Numbered from the stretch's first letter, positions 1 through 16,448 are shown. The stretch: 64,000 nucleotides of DNA from Balanoglossus misakiensis (GCA_040954595.2 CM082593.2:3923434-3987433); one strand, 5' to 3'. Numbers and translations are program-made. The notes: a model not told the origin generated them from the letters alone.

Positions 1-3000
1 AGTAGCTTAACCAAACTAATTAAAAGCAAATTCCAGCATCGGTATATCAGGAATGAACTTGTGAAAGACAGCGGTAGTGAGAACAAGCAAATCATGGAAC
101 ATCCAAATGTTGCCATGTTAGGCCATTGTGTAACGTGAAATAACAACATCAATATCAACAAATTACCCACATTATAAGGTTATTATAACGAAAAACACCA
201 CTGTATGGTACAAACAATCCCCTTTTAGTGAAATACCTCACGCTTTGTAGCTTTGACCAGGAATCTTTGAGATCTAACCCGCTAACGATCGAATGTGGTG
301 AAGCGTGCGGAAAGGTGTAAAATGCCTTCAAGGTTCTAATTTGAACTTTGTGATATTTCACGGGTGCTGGTCTAATTCAAGATTAGCCTCTCCAGCAACG
401 TTGCATGTGCAAGGTATACCGGGGGTACATGTGATCAATCATATAAATGATAATTAACCAATCCAATTAAGGGGTAAATGATTCAGAAGATCATTTTGCT
501 AGAACTCACCCGATTACAACACAAATAAACTATTTTTCTGTCAAAATGTAGGCATCAAGGATAGTATGAATTAAGAGATTTGTATAGACAGGCAAGCAAT
601 GAGTTGTAATTGTGGACTAATATGCAGTTGAAATATCTTCATGTTATCTGGAGTAGGCAATTACGGAGCGTGCTGAGAGGGAACCCACACGTGACACGCT
701 GAATTTGACGTCAATAATCGACGTGATAATTTGGATTCTTGTGTCGGGTAACGCTGCTATATAGCAATCGGTAAAAATTAGGACAGGTTGACGTGCTGAA
801 GGAAGTAATTAATGGTGATAAATTAGTGGCGTTTATTGGGGGTGGGTGTTTGCTTTACCATTACCAGTGATAAATAGGGGCGTTTATGGAGGGTGCGATG
901 TTAGCGTTACTACTAAGTGCCTAAGTAAGCAATTAGAGTTGTGATGTAGCAAGACAGTATGGAAAGCTGAGGTTATGTTGGAATTAGACTCGGTATATAC
1001 CGGTAGAAGATAAGATTGGGAGAGATGTGCGTTGGTTACATGGCGAGGGATTATGTCATTAGGGATTTCACAAACACATAGAGAATTTCCAAGTGTAACA
1101 TAACTGACTGTCCATTGGCATTTAAAGAACGAATTACTTATACATGACAGTAAATAAGGCTGAGTTAGCTACAAGATTCATATATTGGGTAATTGCTATG
1201 CAATTCTAGTTGGAATAGACAGTATACGATTTGAGAGCCAGCAATGATACATTACATATTGGGTATAAAGATTGAAGTATGGTATATGTTTTCAGAATGT
1301 CATTTTGTTGTCATTGTATGTTACAAAAATTCAACATACATAAATTTGACTTTAAACAAACTGTGTTTCAGTACATGTTTACTGCGGGCATGGTTCGTAA
1401 ATTGCAATTGAGAAAACCGCTGAGAGAATGTCAATATTTGAAATACGGTGAACAGAAGGATTTTTACTAACCTCTACTTTCATCGGCGACCCGAATCAAT
1501 ACACACTGGCTGATATGGGAAAGTCTGATTTATCGGATTATATATATGTTGTACGTCATACATCTTACAGATGTGTTCTTACCAGGGAACGTCTATACAG
1601 AATAATCTGGGGGAATCACACGGCTTTTATACATAAGCATCCATAAAGAAAGTATTTAAATTCTACGCAATGTTGTAAATTCATGCCCGAAAGACACACT
1701 CACTATAAAACTTGCATATTAGAGCCACTTGCACCCTTTTTATAGTGTTCATTTTCGTTTGGTACGGTTAAATCACTCCATCCAAAACATTTAATGGGGC
1801 CAGCATTGTTGGGAGTAATTGCTGCAAATTTATAAAATGTGTAATTTTCACTTTATGTAGTCAGTATCGCTAGGAATGAGTTACATTAGATACGACGGCA
1901 CGAGTTGAACTGGATATCCATTAAAATTATATGAGTGTAAAATAAACCGAATATCCGTATCGTTATGTTTTTATCAGAAATATTTAACCCCATCGATAAG
2001 GTAATGATTAACTGGAAATATAGACTGTGGCACTTGCCAAAATAGTCACTTTGCATACATATCTTTAAAAGAGCATAATAATTATACGATGTTCCCTCTT
2101 CTCAGCGGGTGTCATACTTGTAGGCTATTAATGTTGGCAATTTAATCTATCAGATTGTATCGGCTAAGTTACAATGCTGTCTCAGTGGTTAACTCTTGGT
2201 GAACTTGCAACCAAATGTACGTGCTTTCACCCCGATAATCCACAGGAATACCCAGTATAGAGTGACCATAATATAGAATGTAGAATCCTAAAAGTCATCA
2301 TTTTGCCTCGGAATTTGGTAGAGGCGCCATTACATGCCTATCGTCGACATTTCTCTATTATCCCACTGTTTTATTGTGAACTATGCGTACTGAATGTTCT
2401 CAAATGTTTTAACGTCATAATTATACATATTGAGTTCAGCTAAACCCAGTTAATGTGAGACCAACTGATGTGTAATGTGAACATTATATTACATGCATCT
2501 CATTAGGAGGCTTGCTATTTGCACATCATAAAATCCGATGGTCGATTTATATGGATACACTGGACCACCAGTTCTCACCGAATTATTTAATTCAGACAAA
2601 CCGCGAGGCACGGAATCTCAGTAAATGTGTAATTATGTCAAATCATAATTAGACTTTGGGCGATATATTTTATACAATTGTCATTCCCTGTGTCATTCAG
2701 CATCATTTGACAATTCTTTTATAATGTTCGACTAGACCGTCTAGGAATTCTTTCTCCCACATAAATGCCATAACAGCACATGTGTCTAAAAGCTCACACA
2801 TGTCATTAAATTTGGCATTTTTGGGCTTGAACTTTAGAAGAATTCCTTCCCAGCCATGCTTGTTAAAAACTTTCTGGTCCAATCATTTCTCTATTGTAAG
2901 AAAGTGATATTAGGCAACTGGGAAAACGTGTCTTGATGCGCTTTCAATACGGCAACGAAGTTACTACACCTAATGGAACAAAACCCAAGGAACGAAGCCA

Positions 3001-6000
3001 ATTCCGGTGACAAGTAATCATTGTTGAGAAGAAAAAGACGTCAGAAAAGGTGATTCTTGTTAAGGGTTATCATCATTAACCAAGGAAATTGAATTTTAGT
3101 CTGTGCTGGCGCGTCCTGCGCGTCCGCAACTCGTTTGCCATGTGATTACATTGTAATTTGCGCAGCGGGTTTACTTCCAAACAAAATAGTGCAAATAATT
3201 CCAGTTTGTCATTTCGGAGTACAAACTATACAGCTACATTCTCTCGACCCCTTCGCCTGTCCCATCAGCTCAGTTCGTCTTTTTTCAGCTCAGAGTCTTA
3301 ATTTAGATCTTCTTGCGAAGACCGTTGATTGGCCAAACTGTAAGACATTGTAACGCAGAGTGAGGTCATCCTCATTGTTTTCTACAAGTCAAGGCAAATT
3401 TGGGTACGTATTTCATGATTTTTGGCCAGCAACATGTGGAAGAGCTCAGGAGTTTAACTTTAAAGTGCACACGACTTATCTAATCCTAAAATAATGAAAT
3501 CAGCTGACCCACATGTATTTCAGAAAATACTTATAATCCGATGAGCAACGTTCGTATGGTTTGCGGTATGATTCGGACTCAATTGACAACAGCTTACAGG
3601 TTTAGGCAAGTAAGTTCTATTTAATTTAATTTTACAGGTAAAAACCAACTGATGCAAGTAAAAGGAAAATTCGTGTCATCCACAAAGTAAAGTTTCTGGT
3701 GGACGTATTTGTCGGCTTCTGTTTATATGTAGAAAACATAGATAGGCTATGAAAGAGGGTGACGTGCGACAGTATTAAGTGTCATTGTGGATATGTTGAA
3801 TAGCACGTTCCAGAAAGAGTATTTGCACTGAAAGACATTACACGTACAGGGCCATCAGTTTAGTAGTGTAATATAAAACAACAGAAAGAGAATGTTGAAT
3901 TTCCCGGTTTATAAGAGAGTTTGATTTCTTTCTCCGTTCTATGTCGTGCATTATACACATCAGTGTCATCAGTATTGCCTACAGTAAACACATTCTTCAG
4001 GGGATTTTGGATATGATAATGGTTATTATCTGAAGAAGAATAAGAAAATAGCTTACTGAGCAATTTGAGTGAAGCTCCAACTATCAGGGTCTGTTATCTG
4101 CTTGTATTTTCTGTATGCAGCTGCTTTATCTTGAGGACTGAAACATCATAGAGACAAGTAATTAACAAAGAGCTTCAAATTCATGCAAAACATAGTGGTA
4201 CTGTAGTTAGGTTCATGGCAATGAATAGTACTACTTGTGAAACAGCAATGACGGTAGTCTAAACGAAACCTAATGCATTGATTTCACGCCGAAATTGAGA
4301 GATATATGAACAATTGCATTTCTGCCAACATGGGATACGGCAGCGATTTGTGCTCACGTTAAACTGTAACAATCACGTGATTTCCGATTGATTTCCGATC
4401 GCAACAGCTATCCTTTTAGGACATCTATTCGGGGTTATTAAGACGGAAAGCGAATATAGCATGTACAGACTTTGTATCAAAAGGAATAGATGCCCCAGCC
4501 CTGAAGACAGGCTTATGTCAGTCCACATTAACCGAGAGACAAGAGGTTGGTATGGGTCACCGAGTACCTTAAATCAGAGTCACTGATGTCAGCCGGCCTG
4601 GACAGAGCATGTTGCCAGCGCATGCGACAGGCTTTTAGATTGAGGCGTATTTTATTTCGTGGGCGCGCGGTGACGGGATCGCTATGCTCCCCAGGTCCAT
4701 TATCCGAATTCGCTGTCAGTACGTCTATTCGATGAGAAAGGGAGCCGTGTGCATTTATAGTTCATGCGAATCGTTTGCTATGATACCTGCGGGCAGTTTA
4801 CAAGCCTGTGACGTCAACATATCTCCTAACATTTTAGACTGCCTCTTACTCGAGATCGCCTCTCCTGCGTCTTAAATATAAAGTAGTCTATAATTATATT
4901 CTTAATAGTAAGGCACGCTTCCTGCAATATGCCGCCTCCCTGTGATCTCGGGAAGTAGCAATCTAAACCTAATTTGATACGTCATAGACGAACAATAGCG
5001 TATACCTGTAAGCGGGAACGAGAAAATACGAACCAGGAAATACACTTATCTCGGACGGTCAAAATAGGAAGATAACAGAATATACAAAATGTATAATACT
5101 AGTGCACACAGAGAGCTTACTGGTTGCATGTCCAATGGGAGTATTCTTCTTGAAATTAAACATGTATTAGGTCAGTGAAGTGACATACACTGTGATCTGT
5201 GTAAATAGCCGAGTGTTTGACTTTATGGCTTAACACTTGCCTGGTGTAGCGTTCAAAAGGATTAAAACCGCATGGGTAAAATTACTACATGCTCAGTAGA
5301 TGTCAAAAATGTAGTTTAATCGTGTCAATGGGGCACACGAAAGACGTCGGGGATTACGAATGCTTAAAATGAATCTGTATATTTAATTTGCATGTATGTC
5401 AACTCGTCTTATTTAATGGTTCGTGAAATGTCAGTGTACTAACACGCACGGCCGGAATTCTTTGTAGTATTTGCTGTACAAAATGAATTGCCGTTATAAA
5501 TGTATTTCATCGCATGATCCTAATATCCATTCATTGATTTCGTTTCAGGTGGTGGGGGATAGATGTAACATGGTTATTACGGAAATATCTTTTACAGGTG
5601 ACAAGTGAATAACTAAAACACAGCGTGTTATGTGAAAGTTAATTTAGTTTCTTGCTTCGAGTCAATAACGGACATGACATTTTTTTTCTGGAACAATTAA
5701 TATTTTCAGTTTCAGTGTTATTACTATGTTTGATATTATTGTTACATTGTTGTTTGCTATAAGCACATTGAAAGTATGCGCGTCATGACTGTTACCTTTT
5801 ACATTTAGCAGACAGTCGCTATGGTGAACGCAAACTGGCTTTCCTTATTACAAAGCAATCCTTTCCGGAACCGTACACTTCAACAGATGATACACGTCGA
5901 GGGCATACTGAAACTGGAACATGATAATCATATACCCGAACACAAGCACTCATTTTATGTGTAATCGCAATTGTGCAATATGAGGAATGTTTGACTGCTT

Positions 6001-9000
6001 ATTATGTAGCTCTTCAAATCCATTCATATCAATTGAAAAAATACTTGGCAAGCAAACCACAGTATTGAAGGGTGTTCTTCAAGAAAAGTAGTTGTCCTTG
6101 CTTCGTGACGTACATGTGAATGTTAATTAAGAATTAAATATTTATGTCTGACGTAGGCATGCGTATCAGACTACAACTTGCCTATTATCTCTAACCAAAC
6201 AGTTGAATTTGTAGACATGGCTGAACGAATAAGGATTGATGGGACATCGCAATTTCTACTCATGATAACATTTAGCAGAAAACTAACAATACATGATTTC
6301 ACTGTCTATGTTGTTATGTAATTTTCTTTTTGTGTGCTGATGAGGGAAAATGAGACATTTCAACATGAACTGAATGAGTCCAAGACCAATACATACAGAC
6401 ACAAAAATAATTCAGACAGAATAGTTTTATCTGGACACAGTACACAGGTGTATACGCAAGCATCAACCATTGTTAGTAGACATTGCTAACTCAGACAGTC
6501 CCCATGATATTCCTACAAAATACTTTTAAGTTTGTCAATGGCTGACAGAACAGACAAAATTGAATTGCGAGGATAACTCCCTATAGTTTGCTATCTCCTT
6601 TACAGTTGGAAGTCCCCACTCTTATTTAACCATGCATGTTTACAGAACGTCCCTCGAGATAACCCCGCACTTTTCAATTTAAATGGGGAACAAGTGGTTT
6701 CCTACCCACAAACAAACTGGGACGAAACAGCTGAGACGGACATTATCGAGCAGTTTCTCAACGACTTGTAATTATTTAAAGGTTCACCGATCTCTTGTAC
6801 ATGTATGTCTGATGTGACTTGCGTTTCTATCAAGTACATTCAACTCCCGGTCACTGATGTCAAGAAGACTTCTCTTGTGAGACATAAAAAACGAACTAGA
6901 CTAGACGACTGAAGTTTCTTTCATTGAAAGGAAACCTTAAAACCGTTGATCTTTAGCAAAATGTCAAGGAGCCAGAAGCCATCTCTCTCATTGGCCGTAT
7001 TTAGTCACTGAAAATGGTTCATTTTCGGCAGACATATAGTCATCATTTGGTTTGGCGCATGTCAGGTAGATTAGTCAGCTCAGCTAACATCTCTTAACGT
7101 TCGGTTTTGTTGCGTGCTTGTTATCCGGTTCATTTCATTCCACGCACAGTCTACAAGGTTTAGTCTGGTGAGAGCAAACATTTGCAAAAGATACACCCTA
7201 ACTACTCACGAAAGAAGCCTGTTTCGTATGTAAGATCATGGCAAGAAGCACAGCGCTTTCGACTCTACACTCCATATTTCGTGCGTGGTGTAATTATAAT
7301 GTTTTTTCTTCTGTACCGGATGATATGAAGCAATGATAGCCGAAGTACAAAGAGGCTTACCTACCAGGGTATATCTTATTCCCCATCTTTAGATTGAGAG
7401 CCTATCAAGCCAGGGCTATCTGGCGCCTTGCGTTACCCTGATATGCAAGCTTATCTGGCATCGCTTACTTAGTATCAGTTAATATGGTCTTCTTTACCTT
7501 GTATTTTATACTGTGGGACTTTCCTATGATATGACAATGTCACAAACAATGGCCAGGCAATTTCTACAGTGAAAGGGCAACGTTATTAATAATATGTCAT
7601 TATGCTGTTACTACCGCTCCTAGGAAAGTAATTTGAGCTATCCAATGGCAGTGTCACTTTAGACCGGATGCAATGAAAAACTTACAGGAAAGGCCCACAC
7701 TGAATATGAGCGTATATTATATCTCAATATCTGAGACGACCATTTCAATATAGGGAGTTACATATTTTGCATTGCACCCGTCAACGTCCTTGACGAATAT
7801 CGCAAGGAAAACGTGGTATTATAACTTTGGCGATGTCCCGGATCTCACTCACTTGAATTATGGCAGACGTGTGGCCTAGTTAAACACAAGGAAATAGCGT
7901 TATCAACATACTCATTGCCCGAGAATCTACACCGTGGCGTCATGCAGAGTTATTTATTAACTTCTCGTGTGTGAGAGCAACATATATGCATTCGAAAAGT
8001 AGATCTCTCGGAAACATGCCAGTCCGGCGAACTTTGTACAGTCTCATTGCCATGGCGAAGGTAATGTTCTGACCTTGCTTTCAGGAAAGGTCACCTTGAA
8101 TATACAGTTATTTCTCATTGTCACATAATCGTCAATATATGCTAACAAGATTTGTTAGCCTGAGACTTTCGCATCGCCATGTTAGGTTCTTTTTGAGCAG
8201 AGGGTTTCTTAGTATTGAAGCATTCATCTACTACATTACACCTCTACTTTCATAACTATAGTAGAATCACAAGTAACTAACGTCTCCAATCTTTTCAAGT
8301 CTGAACATAAATTGAGTTGTAGGCGTAATGATAGAGCTCCTACAAGACAGTTGAGAACATATGGATCAGCACTGGGGCGCAAATTAAATGGATGACGATG
8401 CTAACATTCGCCCATGACTATAATGGCCGCCCCCGCCGTTGACATAAACGTTTGGTAATTGGGCAGTTCTTCCATCTTGGCAAGTAAGATAACTAACATG
8501 ATTATTACATGACTTCATATGGTGACGCATTTCCAAATTAGATGGCTAAGCTTATCCACTTAGTCAGTGGTAAAACGAATATAAAAGCAATTTGTGCCAA
8601 AGGTATACGTATACCGGTATGTAATAATACCATTATCTATTTGCTATGATCAGGTAACTTTGCTATTAACACGAGTACTTTCTATAATTTCGGTTTTAAA
8701 CATTTGCAATTTTGTTTTTGATTGATGGAATGACTGACACTTTGCGTAGGAGTAAGCTATAATTATGTATGGAGGAAAGAAGAGCTCAAATTACTTTTCA
8801 AGCTGGCACTGTAGGTGGCGCTCAACAGAGCCATCAAATGAATGTATTTTCTGTGGGGCAGTGAATTATTCAGTATACATATCACTGTTAATGAGGTAAA
8901 GGAAACATGTAATGTAATTTAAAGTAATGTTATGCAATAAAATGCAATGTATAAACCTATAGGTGTGCGTTATTAATATACCAGTAGACGTAAGATTTTA

Positions 9001-12000
9001 CCAAGATAAAATTTGCTTATATTGGATTTCGACAAATGAGCTTCGTCTACTGATTATGTAATTGTCCTTAACATGGGATTTCAGAAACATTGGGTTCGAC
9101 GTTATAACTATGAGTAAATGCCTGACTCTGGTCGAATATCTGTATCGTTTGCGATGGCGGCAATCAAAATCATTAAGCAGCGATCAGGTAGCATGTATAA
9201 CCCCAGGTCTTGCAATCTGCGATGAGCGACTCGCGTTTTTTTTTTTACCAAAGGTAGCGTCACTAAGCAGACTTTCAGGAAATTAATCTACAGTGATTCT
9301 CTGAACTCTAGCTTTTAAAGCTACTATATGCCAGTTCACTGCAGAGTGTATGGAAAAACCCATGTGCCACTTTGGTACATACACGTTAACATTGAGTATT
9401 ATAAAACGATCTATGTTCATGCTATAGCTGGGATGTGATTGATCAGAATGAATCACGGGGCAGGGAAATAGAATGGGTCAAATTTGCCGGGTTTGTGTCA
9501 CGTCAAACCTTATAAACAATGTCAGATATTCCAAGGTCAACTTTAACTTTGGTGTAATAGTCTGTTTATCCATTAAACGGTTGGTACATGTTACTCATAG
9601 CGATTTTTTCCAACTGGTTAGTCAATTTTTTCGCTCGAGTCAGATCTGCTCATCATCATTATGTTTGACAGAATATTGACATCAGGGTTAAGAAACTTTT
9701 TGTCTTTATGCAGTGTCGTGGAATTTCTTCATAAATTGTGTCATATTTAAAGAAATATATTTTAGTCCAGGTCTGTTTGCAATGAGAATGCCGATCGATA
9801 GGTCAAGCTTTAATTTGCTCCTTGATGAGTCGATCAAGTAACGCAAATGAGGAAGTTTCTTTTATTAGGCGCTAAAATTTAGTGGAAACGCCAACTGCCC
9901 TGGTTGCATCGTAATTTAGAAAGGCGAATCCATAAATCTAATTTTCGAGTCGCAGTGCTTCTGCGTTCTGTATGGTTAATCAATATTCCATTACCCGTGA
10001 TCCACTTTCATTTAAATATACAATTCCTCTTGTAAATTTATGGATAAAAACGAATGATGATCACAATTCTAGATTAATCATTATCCTCTGGCTATGTACA
10101 ATCATGGGTACATTTGATTTTTTTATTTTCGTTAGCTGTTTTAAGTTTGCCTCGCTCTATTTATTTATTAATAAGAGTAAATGATATATGCCCAAGGAGA
10201 ATTCTCTATAATTAAATCATTAGCTTTACTTTTTGGTGGACAGGGAGGGCTGTAATATACTCAGATTTACACAAAAATACAACATTTTATGGGAGTTGCA
10301 GATTTAATTTGTTATGTTTTATCTTAGGGATAATTAAAAATTACCAGGAACAAGATCTTATTTATGATAATAGGCCAAGTATTACAGTTTTGTAAATGAC
10401 ATTACCGATACAGACACACCCACAAAGCTTAGAGCAACATCAATGCGTTTTCAGTCATCTCCATATCTTGCGTTAAGCTTCAAAGTTGATAAATATTAAT
10501 GTCACGCCTTGAAAAGCAACAGATGCCAGATTTAGACTACGGTGGCGACAGGCGTAAACATTTGCCGCCTGGAAATTTTGCACTCCAAAGAATTATCATG
10601 GAAAAGCAAAATTACTTATAATTTTCATAACTGGTAATATTCTGAGGCAAGGATTTTTCCTTCCAAACTTTTTTTCCATCCAGAATGAACTATAAGTTCG
10701 GCACCAGTCACGCGTGGTTTCACACCTTCATCATAAAATGAATTACGTTCAAACATGCATGGGTTTAATAGGAGTGATTAGGCCACACAGGGAATTGCAC
10801 AGGGCGTCACCGCACATTCCACGGTAATAATGTTTTAGCACCGATGTCACTTTACGGTGGACAATCTCCCAGGTAAATCTACAAGTTAATTTTGTTTTAG
10901 ATTGCCTGTGTGTATATGAAGGTTTAAGCCGAAGTAGCCCTTCAGGTAGCGCAGAGTCTAAGTGGTCCCGTACTTGGGTATTACGACCACGGATTCTGAC
11001 GCAAAGTAACGCCAGCAAGGCAATAATGCCAAGCGCATAAACCCGTTTCTGCGCCACTGCACCCTGGCCGCCACTTTGATCTTTCTTAATAATGGGATTA
11101 AATAATGATTCAATAAGGGTTTCCGCCAAATGAGTTCGATAAAACTCATTATGCCTTTATAAGGTGGGACTTCGAGGATTGTGTCTTCACACTGAAGCCG
11201 CAAAGAATAATGTTTTCCTGGAGGATTGTCCAACTCTGAACACATGACTAGTCTTGTCAAAACGGCTTATCTTATGATCTCAGGTTTTGTAGCCCTGGAC
11301 TATTATATTATAGTGTTAATATTTTGTTATAGTCTCAAACCTATCGCAGACTTTATAACTCGATCTGCTTAATTTTGTGGAGGTCTCCTCTATACAATGT
11401 TTATTCATGATGCACACAAAGGTTGTAAAGCAAGAAACCGGCCCTTGCAGACGTCCACATGCATCAAAGTGGTGTGTGATTTCCTAATATGACATGCTTT
11501 GTATCGTAATTGCCATTGCCATGCACATGAACTGAATTCTAAATATCAAATCAGACAAGAACGTCATACCTCATCTACAAGGGTGAATCAACAACTGGCT
11601 TGAGGAAAAGCGGCACACAAACTGGGACCAGTGATAAACAACTTCAAAGATAGTATTTCCCTTCCGACATACTCCGCTATCGGTTTTACACGCTCTGTAT
11701 AAAACGCGTGTGCGTTGCCAAAAGGCACTCACTGCTTATGCTTATGCAAGGGATATAAATAAGGCCTAGCTTTAGGTCTGAGCTCACTGTGCATGTCACT
11801 GTACAACGATCTCAAAATATCACAGCAGTACTTGCAGCGCACCTTATATAGTTCTAGTCTTGTCTGAAATATGTAATAAACAATTATTAATTATATCTAT
11901 ACGTAGTCGGTAAAAAGAGAAGAAACCAGGTATACACCAGGGATGGTAAATCTCACATCTCGACAAATGATGAGTCTTAGTGGATTGGGTTGTCAAAGGT

Positions 12001-15000
12001 TATCATGAAACGAAATGGGAGACGGCAGTTTCTATTGAGGATTGACTGTAAAAATGGTAATTTATCATTCGCAATGGGGAATGGAATCACAACAGATTTG
12101 GTCGGCTTCAGTACATAACGGAACTGATCGTCACGGTTCAGACATTCGCTGATAACTTTTGCTTTTCCACTCTAACAGGTTCCAAATTAGAACACTCGGT
12201 GGAGACAGACAGCTTGCTGACCGATTTGTGTGAAATTGTACCGGTATTCCAATTGCAAGTACATGAATAAGTATGTGAAAGTCTTCGTAACTACCAAAAT
12301 GGTATACTGAGATAGAAGACAACATTTTCAACTGATGTAGACAAAATCCCTGTGATACAAAATGGAATATCTCGGCAAAGGGATTAGCGATGGAGCACAG
12401 ATTGAAAACCACAGGGAGGTAGATTAACCAATGCACAGGCAGACAGCCAGACAGACATCAAAATATCACTATCGCTTTACAGGTGTCGACGTTAAAAGAA
12501 TGACTTATGTCTACACCTACCATGTGATTTAATCCTTCTGATTTATTGGTCACTATACTGACCTTGATCAAGTCCAGATATGGCGACTAAAGCAATAACA
12601 CATGCAAGAACCGGCCGAATAGGACATCCGACAGAATTTCACGCAAAACAGGCAATTTAGAGAATGTTTCCCCTACGCCGTAAATAACAGGAACTAGTGG
12701 GCAATTACTATCCATATGACGTCATGGGGATACTTAAAGCCGCCTTCACAAAGATGATAAAATTTATTCACCATGCAGGCAACTTTTCCACTTTTGCAAA
12801 AAAAAAGCAAGACTCCTGCCTGTATGTTTGTTACATAAGACCTTTTGAATATGGCAATAGTCCTGAGTATATTGCCTTTAAAGATTAAAGCACAACTGTA
12901 TTAGACCATACCCTTTCAGATCTTCTGTCGGAACTGATTACGTCCTAAACAATCATTACGTGAAAAGAACATCTTCAGCTACTTCAAGACGTCAAACCAT
13001 ATCTAAAAATCTCGCGTTAGCGGCAACATTTTAAAATTTAACATTGGGAGGGTACTGCTAATGGGCCATTACAGAGGCTCCCCTGTGGCCGGAGAATCGT
13101 TCACACATTAATGTAAACACTTGAAACCCAATTTTACTTACATTCAGCTGTTTTAATTGTACTCACTTTCTCCTCGTAATATGGGGAAAAAAACCTCTCT
13201 CCCTGCCTTTCATGTAGAAGACGATTAAATGAGATATTTCCTGAAATTTTCCTATTTACTTCGAGTCTCGTTCGCCATTACTTTGCGAATCCCAAGGCTG
13301 CTGGTCTTTTGAGGATACCTAACATGTTTGAGACATTATGAGCAGCGTTTGAGCCTATAAAGCGAGCTCCAGGTAACATTCAAGCTCTAGCATTTCAGTC
13401 TCCATGGGGCTTGCAGGCCCGTTCTCTACGGAATCGCGCCACGCTTGTTGTGGCAAATGATACGAGTTACGCTTCTTCTTGTTGACGATGTAAGACGATC
13501 ATACACGGATGACGTTACGTATTAATGATTCATCGTCCTCCCAGAACTTGCACAATCCGAATATTGGACTGTGACTTGACGACCTGTTTTCGTAATCGAT
13601 ATTGCATCTTACAATTGGATGAAAGCAATCCATCACTCCACAAAATCTTTATGCCACGGTTCTAGTTGTGATATACAACACGATGGGAACTATTTTTGGT
13701 ATAATTGGATATACATGTATGAGTGACGTATCTTACGAGTATAAAACTGGATTTCGCACGTGTGTATACACCTCTATGCGTTTTTACAGAATATATTCAG
13801 GTCTGGAAATGCTGTTGTAGACAGCTGGTAATTTACCGTAGAAACCTCTCACATTGCCATCTTGATAAAGTAAAGTCTTTCTTTGTGTACGGGTGGCCAT
13901 CGACAACTGTATAATGGAAAACGCCCATGCTTTTCCCTATACCGTGAATGTACCGGTATTGTACAGTGACTGTCGGTAAGTTAGATACAAAGGTATTTCT
14001 TTACCATCGCAGTAAATCAGTGATAAAAATAACCAATGTATTTTTTATTCAGCCGGGTGTGATAATTATCGCGGTTCCCTTTGATTTGGCAATTGAGCGT
14101 ATTTCCCCACCCTCTCGATTTCCCATCTGGGTTTAAGTCTCCACGGAGTATGATTCTGTCTATTGTTGTAAGAATAAAACGTGTTACATCTGGTGTCCAG
14201 GTGAGTAGCCATTTAAAGAAACGTTAATTTAACTTATTCCGAACATTGTGATTTCTGTATCTTGCCATGGTTACAGTAGAACGTAAAAGAACAGCTTTGG
14301 CGATATGGCAAATAATAAGTCTACTCAAAGATGTATTGGCACTGCGAGAGTGTCGAGTTTATGTTTCTTCTCATAAGACTGTATTGCAGAGTGCTAGAAA
14401 CCAACTTCTGCTATAATTGTCATTTTAATGAAATTTGATACATTGGTTGGTCTGAAGAAATCAAATTCTGTATCTGTGATAATGACTTAAATGATCGTAC
14501 AGCCTGAGCCTGTTTGAATAAAGTTCATTTTCGGTGACATTTGTCTAAACGTGGATGAAGACAATGTATCATATTACAGCGTAGGAAGTTTTTCGTGGAA
14601 TTCTGTTGTAATAGATTCAATGAGAGGCACACGTACACTCTTCGCTGTACCTCTATACAATTTTTTAGCCCACCTGCTGCACTGTTTTTTCTTAGAATAG
14701 TTTGATTTAAAAAGGGTTGAACTTTTTCTTTGAACTTTCCGATGATTAAATGCCATCATTTCGCAACCCAGTCAACCTGAAAAGCATAGGATATCAAAAT
14801 TAATAGTACTCCGAGTGTTTTCCTGAAACTTGATGGATTTAATTCTCCTGAACCTCCTTGAAAAGGGAACAGAACCTTAAACTTTTAGATAATCTTATTG
14901 GCTGGCCTGGTAAATGGCTTAAAGCACATTTTCTCTGTATTTTAGCAATTTATATGCAGTACCTTGACATTTAGTCATCCAATTGCCATGTGCATGATAT

Positions 15001-16448
15001 CAACAATTTCGCGTTTAGTGACATGGAGGAGAGTGAATAAAAGGGAATTTGAAAAGTAATTACAGCCCCAAGAGACATAATGACACGTTGAAATATACTC
15101 TAAAATACCAAGCACGCTGTATCTAACAGTATACAATAAACCCTAACCATATCAATTTGGTGCGTTTGAGAGAAACCTGTAACCTCACTGTTAAAGCCAA
15201 CTAAGGGTTTATTGCCTGTATATTTTCAAAAGTCAATCATGAACTGACATTTTTTTGTGCAACTCGGAAAATAACCTGCCGAGAAATCCAATCCTCGATA
15301 CTATTTTCCTTGATCATCCTTTATTCTTTTAAAATTTTACATATATCATTTCTGTCGACAATGTATGTTAGATTATATCAGTTAAATATAGGGGTGGGGT
15401 TTCTACTGTTTTCTGCAATCCCTAAGCTTTTCTCCGAATACAAGTGATTCCCAAGCACATAGCATTGCAGCAATATTGCTTGGCAATTTTAGACAGCTAT
15501 AAAATAACACAAATCATATCCCATGATTTGCCTTAGGGGATTTTCCACCCACGAATAAAACCTACCAAATTTGCAGAAAGCAGTGTACCTGTACGCTTGC
15601 AGGCATATTATCCATTAACCACCTGCTCAAAAAGAAATAATCCTTTTTTTGGCATCTATGTGTTAATGTCTCATATCAAGCACACAAATATCACAGTAGG
15701 TAATATTCATCACAGTGTACCGTACGTATTTGATGGAGTACAAGTATGTTGTCTCACTTCATATACCGATCTATGAGTAGCTTGCATGGAATCCACGACA
15801 AAGATTTACCAGGAAAAAGAAAGAAACTCTCTCTGCAGAAGGCGGCATTCTAAGTACATTTTCTACACGTATGCCTCCAGATAATTATTCACTGACCACC
15901 TGTTTTCAAAGAAAACCAATTTACTCTGCATCTCATACAGTGTGTATGCCATTTGAATTTATGTCTTTAAAATCCGTTTTATATGTATGTTACCCTTAAA
16001 ACGACAGACAAGGTCCTGTAAAGTGCATCTGACATTACGAAAGAGATGACGGTAAAATTACTTTAACGTGACTCCGACTTTTCTCTTTACAGACGTCATG
16101 TATCGGAAAGCACATACGACTTACAAATGTCATCATTACACATCCGTTGCAATGCTAAGCGCTGTAAGAGCCCGCGTGGCTAGAATTTAGAAGATTACCT
16201 TGCAGTTCACGATCTTAGCCTGTGTGAGAATTACGAGAAAATTGCTTTCGGACGGCGAAAAAGCCAATATGACTTTTTCTTATATTTTTCCATTTGGGTA
16301 TGCAGTTCTTGATATCACAAACTGTTACAAAAGTTATCTCCCATACGATAGTAACGTATTTCGAATTCTCCTAGAAACAAATGTACACTCAAATGTTGAT
16401 ATACTCACAGATGTATATTTGGCAAGCATGACCTAATGCAATTTCCAG

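Noticed and set aside
10749-11260. 126-aa and 100-aa overlapping minus-strand ORFs
   Set aside because: Non-ATG starts, no recognisable domain and no convincing splice context; expected by chance.
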